Part shown: positions 1 to 10,376 of the stretch, piece by piece
Layout of the letters: each line of letters opens with the position of its first letter
Position numbering within the stretch: the stretch's first letter is position 1
Source: Deltaproteobacteria bacterium
GTDB taxonomy: Bacteria > Desulfobacterota > GWC2-55-46
Direction of reading: 5' to 3'
Length of the DNA: 64,000 nt
Assembly: GCA_019912665.1 (NCBI GenBank)
Contig: JAIOIE010000021.1
Coordinates: 135,679-199,678, forward strand
The notes under the pieces: generated by a model
The model's input: the letters and a program-made list of their open reading frames with translations, nothing else
Databases searched by the model: none
What the model was told of the DNA's origin: nothing
Position numbers and translations under genes: made by a program

Positions 1-652
1 GAGTCTCTGCCGTGTACGGGCTCATGGACTCGTCCACGAGCCTGAACTCGAGGACCGCGGTCTTCCCGATGAGCTGTATGGCCCTTTCAGGGTCCTTTAA
101 GCCCGGGAGCTGCACCACGACCTCGTTCACGCCCTGCTTCTGGATTATGGGCTCGGCCACCCCGAACTTGTCTATCCTGTTCCTTATGGTCTCAAGGGCC
201 TGGGAAAGCGACCACTCCCGTATGCGCTCGCTCTCGCCATTATCCAGGGTGAAAAGGAGCCTGCCGTTCTGGTCGGAAGGAGAGCCGAATACGCCCAGCT
301 CGTCCTTTACGGCCTTTGATATCTCCCCCTTTGATTTCTCGTCGGGGTATGCGACGGAGACGGAATCGAGCCCCTCCCGCGTGACGCTATAGAAGGCCAC
401 TCCCTTTCTCTTGAGCGCGTCCTCTACGGAGCCCGCAAGCCTCTGGGTATGGTTCTCCACGGCCTTGTCCTGGTCAACGTCAAGCACCAGGTGCATGCCG
501 CCCTGGAGGTCGAGGCCGAGGTTTATCTTGGGGATATTGTCAGCCCAGAACGAGGGAAGCCTCTTTGAGACCGGGGTAGAGGGCAGGAAAAGGACAAACG
601 CCAACGCCGTAAACCCGGCGACAAGGATGGTACGCCAAAAGATACTTCTCAT
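1..652 (-). CDS. secD: Protein translocase subunit SecD. Only the N-terminal part is in the window; the gene continues past the window start.
   Basis: The reverse complement starting at the ATG at 652-650 (GGAG about 8 nt upstream) reads MRSIFWRTILVAGFTALAFVLFLPS...INLGLDLQGGMHLVLDVD...GKTAVLEFRLVDE. This matches the SecD N-terminus, and the frame stays open to position 1. It lies downstream of yajC, as in yajC-secDF operons. The ORF track omits it because it has no in-window stop. Confidence 0.85.
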   Translation of the reverse strand, partial: MRSIFWRTILVAGFTALAFVLFLPSTPVSKRLPSFWADNIPKINLGLDLQGGMHLVLDVDQDKAVENHTQRLAGSVEDALKRKGVAFYSVTREGLDSVSVAYPDEKSKGEISKAVKDELGVFGSPSDQNGRLLFTLDNGESERIREWSLSQALETIRNRIDKFGVAEPIIQKQGVNEVVVQLPGLKDPERAIQLIGKTAVLEFRLVDESMSPYTAET

Positions 653-804
653 TACATCTCCGAATGAAGCCGCTTCAAGCGGCCCGGAATAGCCGCCGCA
701 CGCCCTTTTGGGGCCATTTGCAGCGGACTCTCTTCAAGAAAAACCGCCGCGCATCTCTTAGGGCCGGGGCGGCGGTCTCCGTTATTTTCTTTAAAATCCT
801 GGCA

Positions 805-880
805 GTCTCTAAAAATTAGAGATACTTCACGCTTTTCCGTAACTACCCGGAGTCCGGGGAAAAGATCGATTTTTGGAGGT
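805..880 (+). repeat. Copy 1 (short form) of a three-copy intergenic repeat. Core palindrome CTCTAAAAATTAGAG at 807-821.
   Basis: Near-identical segments occur at 12271-12400 and 44136-44270, sharing CTCT(A/G)AAAATTAGAGAT ... TTTTCCCG ... GTAACTAC(C/G)C(G/A)GAGTCCGGG(G)AAAAGATC(G/A)ATTT. This copy lies between yajC and secD. Confidence 0.8.
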
Positions 881-886
881 TGCCTA

Positions 887-1207
887 CTATGACTGGGGCT
901 TCCTGACAGTGACTGCCTCCTTCGAAACCTTTATTCTTACGCCCTCGGAGACCTCTACGGTCACGGTGTCCTCGTTCACGGCGGTTATCCTGCCGTGTAT
1001 GCCGCCGGAGGTGATTACGCTATCGCCCTTCTGGAGGGCCGATATCATCTGCTTGTGCTCCTTGGCCCTCTTCTGCTGCGGCCTTATGAGGAGGAAGTAG
1101 AAAATGACGAACAGGATTATGAGCGGGGCTATGCTCATGATGCCGGAAAGCGGCGAAGCCGCCGGCGCGTCCTGGGCATAAGCGGTTGCAACGGGGAAAA
1201 ACAGCAC
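887..1207 (-). CDS. yajC: Preprotein translocase subunit YajC.
   Basis: 106 aa with a hydrophobic segment followed by IRPQQKRAKEHKQM...GDSVITSGGIHGRITAV, the YajC signature. It sits between tgt and secD in the conserved order. Confidence 0.9.
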   Translation of the reverse strand: MLFFPVATAYAQDAPAASPLSGIMSIAPLIILFVIFYFLLIRPQQKRAKEHKQMISALQKGDSVITSGGIHGRITAVNEDTVTVEVSEGVRIKVSKEAVTVRKPQS

Positions 1208-1278
1208 TATAATATCCTCCTTTTTTTGGCCGCCTCCGGAATCCGGAGCAACAGCCTTTTAATGCTTCTTACATGCGG

Positions 1279-2424
<1,146 letters not shown>

Positions 2425-2487
2425 TCAGATGCTCACAATTCGTATATAGAACCAGAAAACCGATGCGGAATATTATAGCAGACTTTT

Positions 2488-3513
2488 CTAACTGAGAAAC
2501 ATGGCGTCGCCGTAGCTGAAGAACCTGTACTCGTTACGCACGGCCTCCGTGTACGACCTGAGTATTAATTCCTTCCCCGCGAAAGCCGACACCAGCATTA
2601 TCAATGTCGAGCCCGGCAGATGAAAATTCGTAAGGAGCGCGTCCACCACCCTGAACTCGTACCCGGGGTATATGAAAAGCCCGGTAGAGCCGGAAAGATC
2701 CGGGCTTTCCAGCCCGTTCCTTGCGCTCGACTCAAGCGCCCTCGTGGTGGTCGTGCCGACGGCGACGACTCTCCGGCCCTCCTTCTTAGCGCTTACGACC
2801 TCGTCGAAGACCTCCCCTTTGATAAAATACCGCTCCTTCATCATCCTGTGCTCTTCTATCCTCTCCGAGCGTACCGGCATGAAAGTCCCGGGGCCGGTAT
2901 GGAGCGTTATGCTCCTTACGAGCACACCCTTTTTTCGTATCTCGTCCAGAAGTCCTGTCGTAAAGTGGAGCCCGGCGGTCGGGGCGGCTATGGCACCGTC
3001 CTCTCCGGCGAATACGGTCTGGTACCTCGTCCTGTCAGATTCGTCGGCCTCCCTCCTTATATACGGGGGGAGCGGGACATTTCCAACCCTCTCAAGGTCG
3101 ACAGGACTATTGAACCTCACTTTAAAGAGCCCTTCCTCATCCCTGCCGGTTATCTCGCCCTCGGTCCCGTCAAGGATAACGGTAGAACCCGGCCTCAACC
3201 CCTTGCCGGGTCTCGCCATGCACATCCATTCCTCGCTTCCGGAAGAGGATATCCTTTCGACCAATAGCAGCTCAAGCTTCCCGCCCCCTGCCCTCTTTCC
3301 AAAGACCCTTGTGGGGATGACCCTTGTATCGTTAAGGATAAGAAGGTCGCCGGACCTGAGATACCCGGGGAAGTCCCTGAAAGACCTGTGCTCCATGCTC
3401 CCGGTCTTTCTCGAGACGGCCATGAGCCTTGAGGCGTCGCGATCGGGAAGCGGGCGCTGGGCGATGAGATGCTCGGGCAGATCGAACAGGAAATCCTTAA
3501 GCTCCATACACAA
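2488..3513 (-). CDS. queA: S-adenosylmethionine:tRNA ribosyltransferase-isomerase.
   Basis: 341 aa, DFLFDLPEHLIAQRPL...ILNDTRVIPTRVFG...HFHLPGSTL. QueA family, adjacent to tgt. Confidence 0.93.
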   Translation of the reverse strand: MCMELKDFLFDLPEHLIAQRPLPDRDASRLMAVSRKTGSMEHRSFRDFPGYLRSGDLLILNDTRVIPTRVFGKRAGGGKLELLLVERISSSGSEEWMCMARPGKGLRPGSTVILDGTEGEITGRDEEGLFKVRFNSPVDLERVGNVPLPPYIRREADESDRTRYQTVFAGEDGAIAAPTAGLHFTTGLLDEIRKKGVLVRSITLHTGPGTFMPVRSERIEEHRMMKERYFIKGEVFDEVVSAKKEGRRVVAVGTTTTRALESSARNGLESPDLSGSTGLFIYPGYEFRVVDALLTNFHLPGSTLIMLVSAFAGKELILRSYTEAVRNEYRFFSYGDAMFLS

Positions 3514-3568
3514 GCCGTCCCTTATATTCTAAACAAAAGGAGAGTAGGATAAAATCTTTATTTTACGG

Positions 3569-4720
3569 CTAGTTACGAAAAGAGAGGCCCCGTTGGAGAT
3601 CGGTGCCCGGATAGAAGTGCCGGAGTATGTCCCGGTAGGAATACCCGTTCTCGGCCATGCCCTTTGCCCCCCATTGCGAAAGGCCTACCCCATGGCCAGA
3701 CCCCCTCCCCCTGAATATGAAAACATCGCCTTCCTTCGCCACCTCGAAAATCGCTGACCTCAAGCTCGAATAGCCCAGGACCTTCCTCAATTCCTCCCCT
3801 GAAAGCCAGGCGTCCCTGCCTTCGCGGTCGCGGACGCTCAATGTCCGTATCCTCGCGGCAGAGGTGGTCTCGATGATCGTAAGCTCTTGGGGCGTGCCTA
3901 TCTGATGGCCTGCCCTGGAGAGCGCCTCGCCAAGCGACTCGGCCGGGACCGCGAATTCCCAGAGATACTTCGGGGCCGCCTCGTCGAAGGGGCTTTCAAC
4001 CGGCACGAGATACGGATAGCCCTTGAGCCAGACCTCGCTCGCCGCTTCGGTCATTCCTCCGGCGTTTGAATGGTATACCGTAAGGGCCGGCTCGCCGTCG
4101 AAGACGAGTATCTCTCCCCTGGTATCCATGACCGCCCGTATCGAGGCGCTGTCCTCGCTCGATGCCCCGCCGTAGACCTGCCCCATGACCGAGCTTTCGA
4201 CGTGGTACGGGAGGTTCGACCTCTTCCTCATATTGTATACGGCATAGGTCCGGGCAATGATCGCCTGGGCTTTAAGCACCTCTTCAGGCCACCTGGAGGA
4301 TATCTCGTTATTGATTATCCCGGCCACATAGGCTTCAAGTCCTATTTCGTTTATTACAAGCGCCTGCCCGTTACTGGCCGCGACATCGAGAACGCCTCTG
4401 TAAGGCTTCCCGTTTACGGAGATGAACCTGCCTTTGGGAAAAATCCTTACCGGGAGCGTAGCCCTGGAACCGTTTAAGAGTATTGTGCCGTTGTTACCGG
4501 CCCGCACAAGCAAGTCGCCCCTGTCCGTGCCCTTCAGCTCGATCTGGCCGCCTGATTTGAGTATAAGGACCCTTACCTTCTCATCGCCGCCCGCCTGCCC
4601 TGGCGCCGCATGGAGGCAGCCTCCGATAAAAAGCGCAAGGACCCATATGAGCCTGAGCGGGCTTATCTTGAGGAATTCAGTCATTTTCCGGGATTTGTAC
4701 CAGGGACGGCGATACGGCAA
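3569..4720 (-). CDS. SpoIID/LytB-domain protein, a putative amidase enhancer.
   Basis: 383 aa with a signal peptide. The central and C-terminal regions match the SpoIID/LytB domain. Confidence 0.75.
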   Translation of the reverse strand: MPYRRPWYKSRKMTEFLKISPLRLIWVLALFIGGCLHAAPGQAGGDEKVRVLILKSGGQIELKGTDRGDLLVRAGNNGTILLNGSRATLPVRIFPKGRFISVNGKPYRGVLDVAASNGQALVINEIGLEAYVAGIINNEISSRWPEEVLKAQAIIARTYAVYNMRKRSNLPYHVESSVMGQVYGGASSEDSASIRAVMDTRGEILVFDGEPALTVYHSNAGGMTEAASEVWLKGYPYLVPVESPFDEAAPKYLWEFAVPAESLGEALSRAGHQIGTPQELTIIETTSAARIRTLSVRDREGRDAWLSGEELRKVLGYSSLRSAIFEVAKEGDVFIFRGRGSGHGVGLSQWGAKGMAENGYSYRDILRHFYPGTDLQRGLSFRN

Positions 4721-4758
4721 AAGGTCTCACGGTATTCCGCATACTTACATCCGTGCGC

Positions 4759-4968
4759 TCAACGCCAGATGTCCTTGATGGCGAAAAGAAGGGTTATGCC
4801 TACCGCCATTATGATGAAGCCGAAGAGCCTCATCCTCTTCTCGGGGAGCCTGTGAAGGAACCCCGCCCATTCCTTTACCGCCCCGGGGAAACCGAAATAC
4901 GGGATGCCCTCTATTACGAGGACCGCCCCGAGTATCATGAGGATGAAGCCGAATTTTTCAGAAACCAT
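4759..4968 (-). CDS. Small two-TM membrane protein (DUF2065-like).
   Basis: 69 aa with two hydrophobic helices (FGFILMILGAVLVIEG...LFGFIIMAVGITLLFAI). Co-directional with the surrounding block, but short, so uncertain. Confidence 0.45.
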   Translation of the reverse strand: MVSEKFGFILMILGAVLVIEGIPYFGFPGAVKEWAGFLHRLPEKRMRLFGFIIMAVGITLLFAIKDIWR

Positions 4969-5025
4969 TTCCAGTCTCTTTGGTTCAAGGCAGCTATTGG
5001 AGCCGCCTAAGCTTACTTGAAGGGT

Positions 5026-5379
5026 TTACCTTGCCTTGCAGTTGCAGAGCTTCCTGAGATAGTCCTTTAATTCGAGTATCTCGTTCTTTGAAAACGTTTT
5101 TCCGTACGGCGGCATGAGACTAGACTTGCTTGTCGCCTGCCCGCCGTCTGTTATGGCGTTTACTATGTCCTCGTCCGTAAGCTTCCCCATCTCGAGCGCG
5201 CTCGTGTGGTCTCTCGGGCTTACGGGCATCTCCCTCGTTGCGTTTATGCCGTTCCCTTTTCCCTCAAGGCCGTGGCACTGGGCGCAGTGGAACCTGTAGT
5301 TCTCCTCCGCGGTGGCGGCGTAAGATAAAGAGGCGGCCCCGAATGCAAGGAAAAGAGGCAAAGCGTAGAATTTCTTCAT
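5026..5379 (-). CDS. Monohaem c-type cytochrome (class I) with signal peptide.
   Basis: 117 aa with an N-terminal signal peptide, a single CAQCHG haem-binding motif and a distal Met. Confidence 0.8.
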   Translation of the reverse strand: MKKFYALPLFLAFGAASLSYAATAEENYRFHCAQCHGLEGKGNGINATREMPVSPRDHTSALEMGKLTDEDIVNAITDGGQATSKSSLMPPYGKTFSKNEILELKDYLRKLCNCKAR

Positions 5380-6041
5380 CTAAGGCTCCCAACGTAAGAG
5401 GCAAGCCCCTTCATCTCCGCGTCGTTGATTATCCCGGCATAGACCGGCATCATCTTGACTGGCTTGAATACGGCGGGCTTTGAAAGATACGCATATATCC
5501 AGTCGGGGTTGAGCCTCTCGGAGGCCAGAGCGAGCGAAGGCCCCGAGAACCCGCCGACGATATTCCCCCTCGTCCTCACCTGGTGGCAGCCGTAGCAGGA
5601 ATATCTCCTTACGAAGGCGACCCTGCCTTTGGGGTTATCCACGGCGCGAATGCCGAGGGGCTTCGCATCGGCTGACTTGAGGCTCATGAGATAGGCCGCA
5701 ACGTCCGTTGCTTCCCGCCCGGAAAGCCGCGGGTGGTCGCCCCTGTTCCTCTCGGTAATGGAGTTATATGCCATGGGCCTTATGGGCTTCGGGTCAGCCA
5801 GCCACCTTTCGAGAAAACCGGCATTGAACTTGCTTCCTGAATACCACAATTCAGGGCCTTTTTTTGCGAGCTGGTCCTTTATTGTCTTTTCAGCGGCCGG
5901 GCCCGAGACCTGGTGGCATGTGGCGCATTTTCTGGCCTCGAACGCCTTTTTACCCTCAGGCACCCCGGCATGGGCGCCGGTCGATATGAACAGGGCTGCG
6001 GCAAGGACTGGAATGGCGGCTAAGTGAACGGCTCTACGCAT
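5376..6041 (-). CDS. Dihaem c-type cytochrome with signal peptide.
   Basis: 221 aa with a signal peptide and two CXXCH motifs (CATCHQ, CYGCHQ). Its start overlaps the stop of the downstream cytochrome by 4 nt. Confidence 0.8.
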   Translation of the reverse strand: MRRAVHLAAIPVLAAALFISTGAHAGVPEGKKAFEARKCATCHQVSGPAAEKTIKDQLAKKGPELWYSGSKFNAGFLERWLADPKPIRPMAYNSITERNRGDHPRLSGREATDVAAYLMSLKSADAKPLGIRAVDNPKGRVAFVRRYSCYGCHQVRTRGNIVGGFSGPSLALASERLNPDWIYAYLSKPAVFKPVKMMPVYAGIINDAEMKGLASYVGSLR

Positions 6042-6147
6042 CTTTACTCCGGATAATGATGTGCAGACTCATGGTAACGGGCCGGGGTTCTTTTGTCAAG
6101 GGTTTTGAGGCTGAAAAGCCCTTTCAAAACACGGGCTTCTGGATAGG

Positions 6148-7620
6148 TCAGATGATTTCGTACCTCTCCTGGTGAAACCTCTCGACCGGCTTTATCAGGA
6201 CCTTTTTCCCGAACTTACGCTCAAGGTCCTGCATGGGGGCAGGGTCCTCCTTTAGGCGCTCGGATATGGACGGGCTCACGTAGATGGTCGCCTTTTTCTT
6301 CCTCAAGGGAAGCTCCCTTGCAAGCTCCCTGTAAATGTCCATTATTATGGTGTCCTTGGCCTTTATCTGGGCGTTACCGTCGCAATACGGACAGGGCTCA
6401 CAGAGCGACTGCGAGAGGCTCTCCCTCACCCTTTTCCTCGTCATCTCGACTATACCAAGCTCGGAGATCTTCAATATGTTGGTGCGGGCCTTGTCGGCCT
6501 TCAAGGCCTCCTTCAAGGTGTTATATACCTTCTCCCTGTCGGATTGCCTTGCCATGTCTATGAAGTCTATTACAATAATGCCGCCTATGTTACGGAGCCG
6601 GAGCTGGTAGACTATCTCCTTTACGGCCTCGAGGTTCGTCTTGACGATAGTGTCCTCGGAGCTCCTTTTTCCGACGTACTTTCCTGTATTGACGTCAACG
6701 GCCGTAAGGGCCTCCATCTGGTCTATCACGATGTGCCCGCCCGAGCGGAGCCATACCTTCCTTTCGAGCGCGTCCGTAAGCTCTATCTCCACGCCGCGGG
6801 CGTCGAAGATGTCCTCCTTGCCCTCGTAGAGCTCCAGCCTTCCGGCGAGGTGCGGCATGAACTCCTCGAGGAACTTCTTCGCCCTCTCGTACTCGTCCCT
6901 GGAGTCTATGACGAGCCTTTCTATGTCCTCGGAAAAGAGGTCCCTGATGGTCCTTAAGGCAAGGTCGAGCTCGGCCCAGACCAGTCCCGGGGTCCTCACC
7001 TCTTCCTTCTTCTTCAAGATGGCCTTCCAGAGCTTTATGAGGAACTCCATGTCGGCCTGCACGTCTTCCTTCTTCATGCCCTCGCAGACGGTCCGTATGA
7101 TGAAGCCGTAGCCGGGCGGCCGTATGGAAGAGACTATCTCGCGGAGCCTCTTTCTCTCCTTCTCGCTCGATATCCTCCTGGAAATGGCGATCTTGTCGTA
7201 GGTGGGCATGAGGACAAGGTAGCGGCCCGGGAGAGAGGCATAGGAGGTCACGCGGGCGCCCTTTGTGCCGATGGGCTCCTTAGCGGCCTGCACCATTATC
7301 TCCTGGCCTTCCTTCACTATGTCCTGGATGCGGACGTTAGCGTGGCGCTTGTGCTCCTCCTCGTCCTCCTCGAAGCCCTCGGGCGGCTCCTTTATGTCCG
7401 AGACGTGGAGGAACGAGGTCCTCTGGATGCCTATCTCCACAAAGGCGGACTGCATGCCCGGAAGGACCCTGACAATACGGCCCTTGTAGATGTTCCCGGT
7501 TATGCCCCTGTCCTTGGCGCGCTCCACGTAAAACTCGGAGAGCCTGCCCTGTTCGATAAGCGCCACCCTCGTCTCAAAGGGGTTCGAGCTTATCACAAGT
7601 TCTGTTTTGGTTGTTTTCAT
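6148..7620 (-). CDS. rng: Ribonuclease G (Rne/Rng family endoribonuclease).
   Basis: 490 aa with an S1 domain (GNIYKGRIVRVLPGMQSAFVEIG) followed by the RNase E/G catalytic core (DFIDM...ITEALTAVDVNTG...GGIIVIDFIDM). Length fits RNase G rather than RNase E. Confidence 0.88.
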   Translation of the reverse strand: MKTTKTELVISSNPFETRVALIEQGRLSEFYVERAKDRGITGNIYKGRIVRVLPGMQSAFVEIGIQRTSFLHVSDIKEPPEGFEEDEEEHKRHANVRIQDIVKEGQEIMVQAAKEPIGTKGARVTSYASLPGRYLVLMPTYDKIAISRRISSEKERKRLREIVSSIRPPGYGFIIRTVCEGMKKEDVQADMEFLIKLWKAILKKKEEVRTPGLVWAELDLALRTIRDLFSEDIERLVIDSRDEYERAKKFLEEFMPHLAGRLELYEGKEDIFDARGVEIELTDALERKVWLRSGGHIVIDQMEALTAVDVNTGKYVGKRSSEDTIVKTNLEAVKEIVYQLRLRNIGGIIVIDFIDMARQSDREKVYNTLKEALKADKARTNILKISELGIVEMTRKRVRESLSQSLCEPCPYCDGNAQIKAKDTIIMDIYRELARELPLRKKKATIYVSPSISERLKEDPAPMQDLERKFGKKVLIKPVERFHQERYEII

Positions 7621-7659
7621 ACCCGCGATGGACGCTCTCCTAAGCGGGAAAGAGCGCCC

Positions 7660-10224
7660 TTACTGGACGGACCTGGTCTTCAAGATGGGGATTAAGGAGG
7701 CGGATTCCCTTGGCAGGCCGAGAAGGCACGCGAGCACGTCGTGAGGCCGGACAGACGCGCCCGAGGCCTTTTTGAGCGTAAGCCGGAGCGTCAGGCCGTC
7801 GATGCGGGAAAGCCCGTCAACGAGCGGCCTCAAGTCTATGTCCCTTGTCCTGCCTTCCTTTTCGATACTTACCGGAATGGAGTCCCTGCTAAGAAAATCC
7901 CTTAAAAACCCATCAATTCTTTCGGAATCTATATCCAAGCCCAAAGGGCCGTCCTTCAAAGTTATAATATACTCAGTCATGATACCAGAGGGGAGCGGAA
8001 GTTTCAAGGGCAAGGAAGAAGCTGAGAGGAATCTTATCCCCTCGGGCATCTCCCGGTTCAGACTCTCGACGAGCCCGGCCGGGTCGGTCTTTCCGGATAG
8101 CTCCATATCCATGTACTCGTCCATGGACTCGATTCCGACCGGCAGGGGCTGCCCGAACGAGAGCTTGGGCATGGGGTGGAAACCCTGCGAGTACCTTATG
8201 GGGAGGCCCGCCCTCCTTATGCCCCTTATGACCGCGGCCATGAGCTCAAGGTGGCCCAAGAGCCGGGCCCCGTCCGTTTTCGAATACCTGAGCCTCACAC
8301 GGAAGGCCTCTTCCGGCGGCAGAGGCCTCCGCTCATCAGCGCCATATTCCGCCCCGCCGGAGATAGACCTGGGCCTTATGGCCTTCCAGTCGCATAGGCC
8401 GCAGTCCGAGCATTTCCCTACCTTACAGTCCGGGGTCCCCGCAAGCTCAAGGGCCCTCTCGTACTCCTTTATAAGGAACTTCTTCGTTGCGCCCGTTTCC
8501 AGGTGCTCCCAGGGGAAGACCTCGTCAAAGGGCCTTCTCCTCCGGGTGTAGAACCCGGGGTCCAGGCCTGCCTCGGCAAGGGCCTCCTTCCATTTCGCGA
8601 AGTCGAAGAGCTCGCTCCAGCCGTCGAACCTGCAGCCTTTCCTGAAGGCGAGGAGGACCGCCTTAGAAAGCCTCCTGTCGCCCCTGGAGAATACCCCCTC
8701 CATGATGCTCATGTCCGCGTCGTGCCATTTGAAGCCGAGCTTTAGCTTCGTAAGCTCCCGGCGAAGGACCGCCTGCTTCTGAACCCCCTCCTCCATCGTG
8801 ATCTGCGGCTCCCACTGGAACGGAGTATGGGGCTTCGGGATGAATGAGGACGCGCTCACGTTTATCTGAGGCCATCTGCCGGACGCCTCCTTGCCGATAT
8901 TCTTGACGCACCCGGCAAGCCGGACTATCTGGAGGATGTCCTCTTCGGTCTCGGTCGGGAGGCCTATCATGAAATAGAGCTTTACCGAGCTCCAGCCGAG
9001 GGTGAATATGTCGCGGGCCGCGGCATGGAGGTCCTCCTCGGTTATGCCCTTGTTTATGAGCCGGCGCAGTCTTTCGCTTCCGGCCTCGGGCGCGAGCGTA
9101 AATCCTGTCTTCCTGACCTTTCTTATCTCTGAGGCTAGGGCCGAGCTCAAGGTGCCGACCCTGAGGGAAGGGAGCGATACCGCGATCTTCTCCTCGGAAA
9201 ACCTCCTCATGAGCCCTGAAAGGAGCGTTTCTATGTCCGTATAGTCGCCGGTACTGAGGGAAAGAAGCGAGACCTCGTCGTAGCCGGTATTGCTCAGGGT
9301 CTCGTCGATTATCCTCTTTATTAGCGCGGGCTCCCTTTCCCTTACCGGCCTGTATATCATCCCGGCCTGGCAGAACCTGCAGCCCCTTGTGCAGCCGCGC
9401 GCGATCTCGACGCTCACCCTGTCGTGGACGGTCTCCATGAAGGGCACTACGGGCCTCGTCGGGAGCGGAAGAGCGTTTATGTCCGGGACCGTCCTTTTAA
9501 TTACTCTCTCGTACCCTTCAAGGAGCGGGACTATCCTTCTTACCGTGCCGTCATCATGATATTCCGGCTCGAAGAAGGACGGCACATAGACGCCCGGTAT
9601 GCTGGCAAGCCTTTCAAGCGCCTCTTCCCTTCCCCCTCCCTTCTCCTTCCACTCGATTATCGCGTCCGCTATCTCGATTGCGGCCTCTTCGCCGTCTCCG
9701 AGAAGGAAAGCGTCGAAAAACTCGGCCACGGGCTCGGGGTTGAAGGCGACCGGCCCTCCCCCTATGACAAAGGGGTCTTCCTTCCCCCTCTCTTTCGCGA
9801 AGAGGGGGATGCGGCCCAGCTCCAGCATATTAAGTACGTTGGTATACGAGAGCTCGTACTGTAGCGAAAGGCCCAGTATGTCTAGTTCTTTCAATGGAAT
9901 GCCTGATTCAAGGGTGGATAGCGGCATGCCCCGCTCCCGGAGGAGCCTTTCCATATCGGCCCAGGGAGCGAACACCCTTTCGCACGAGATATCATCGCGG
10001 CCATTGAGGATCTGATATAGTATCTGTATCCCCAGATGGCTCATGCCTATCTCGTAGGCGTCCGGGAAGCCCAGGCCAAAGGCGAGCTTCACCTTCGAAA
10101 GGTCTTTCTTTACGGAATTGACCTCGCCGCCCATGTACCTTGACGGCCTTCTTACTAGTGGGAGGAGTTTTTTAATGTCAGTTGCCATTTCAAATATAAA
10201 TGCGTTTTTTATTCTGACGTGCAA
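7660..10224 (-). CDS. B12-binding-domain radical SAM protein (TIGR03960-like) fused to a C-terminal DUF2344-like domain.
   Basis: 854 aa with a conserved N-terminal block (FPDAYEIGMSHLGIQILYQILN), the radical-SAM motif CTRGCRFCQAG, then a ~250 aa C-terminal extension. The true start may be the internal MATDIKK. Confidence 0.8.
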   Translation of the reverse strand: MHVRIKNAFIFEMATDIKKLLPLVRRPSRYMGGEVNSVKKDLSKVKLAFGLGFPDAYEIGMSHLGIQILYQILNGRDDISCERVFAPWADMERLLRERGMPLSTLESGIPLKELDILGLSLQYELSYTNVLNMLELGRIPLFAKERGKEDPFVIGGGPVAFNPEPVAEFFDAFLLGDGEEAAIEIADAIIEWKEKGGGREEALERLASIPGVYVPSFFEPEYHDDGTVRRIVPLLEGYERVIKRTVPDINALPLPTRPVVPFMETVHDRVSVEIARGCTRGCRFCQAGMIYRPVREREPALIKRIIDETLSNTGYDEVSLLSLSTGDYTDIETLLSGLMRRFSEEKIAVSLPSLRVGTLSSALASEIRKVRKTGFTLAPEAGSERLRRLINKGITEEDLHAAARDIFTLGWSSVKLYFMIGLPTETEEDILQIVRLAGCVKNIGKEASGRWPQINVSASSFIPKPHTPFQWEPQITMEEGVQKQAVLRRELTKLKLGFKWHDADMSIMEGVFSRGDRRLSKAVLLAFRKGCRFDGWSELFDFAKWKEALAEAGLDPGFYTRRRRPFDEVFPWEHLETGATKKFLIKEYERALELAGTPDCKVGKCSDCGLCDWKAIRPRSISGGAEYGADERRPLPPEEAFRVRLRYSKTDGARLLGHLELMAAVIRGIRRAGLPIRYSQGFHPMPKLSFGQPLPVGIESMDEYMDMELSGKTDPAGLVESLNREMPEGIRFLSASSLPLKLPLPSGIMTEYIITLKDGPLGLDIDSERIDGFLRDFLSRDSIPVSIEKEGRTRDIDLRPLVDGLSRIDGLTLRLTLKKASGASVRPHDVLACLLGLPRESASLIPILKTRSVQ

Positions 10225-10376
10225 ACAAAAACCATTTTGTGCGTTGCCGCGCGCTTTGGTGTTGCAGGGCTCCGTTCGCTTTCACCCTCCAGCCCTATGC
10301 TCGCTCCGCCCTGCACCCGTGTATCTGGAAAACAAATAGATACGGATTCTCAGCTTAAGTTGTTTTTGATGCGGAA

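Noticed and set aside
873-1100. 75-aa TTG-start plus ORF after repeat copy 1.
   Set aside because: It overlaps yajC on the opposite strand and has no recognisable features. Only the GGAGG at the end of the repeat makes it look gene-like.
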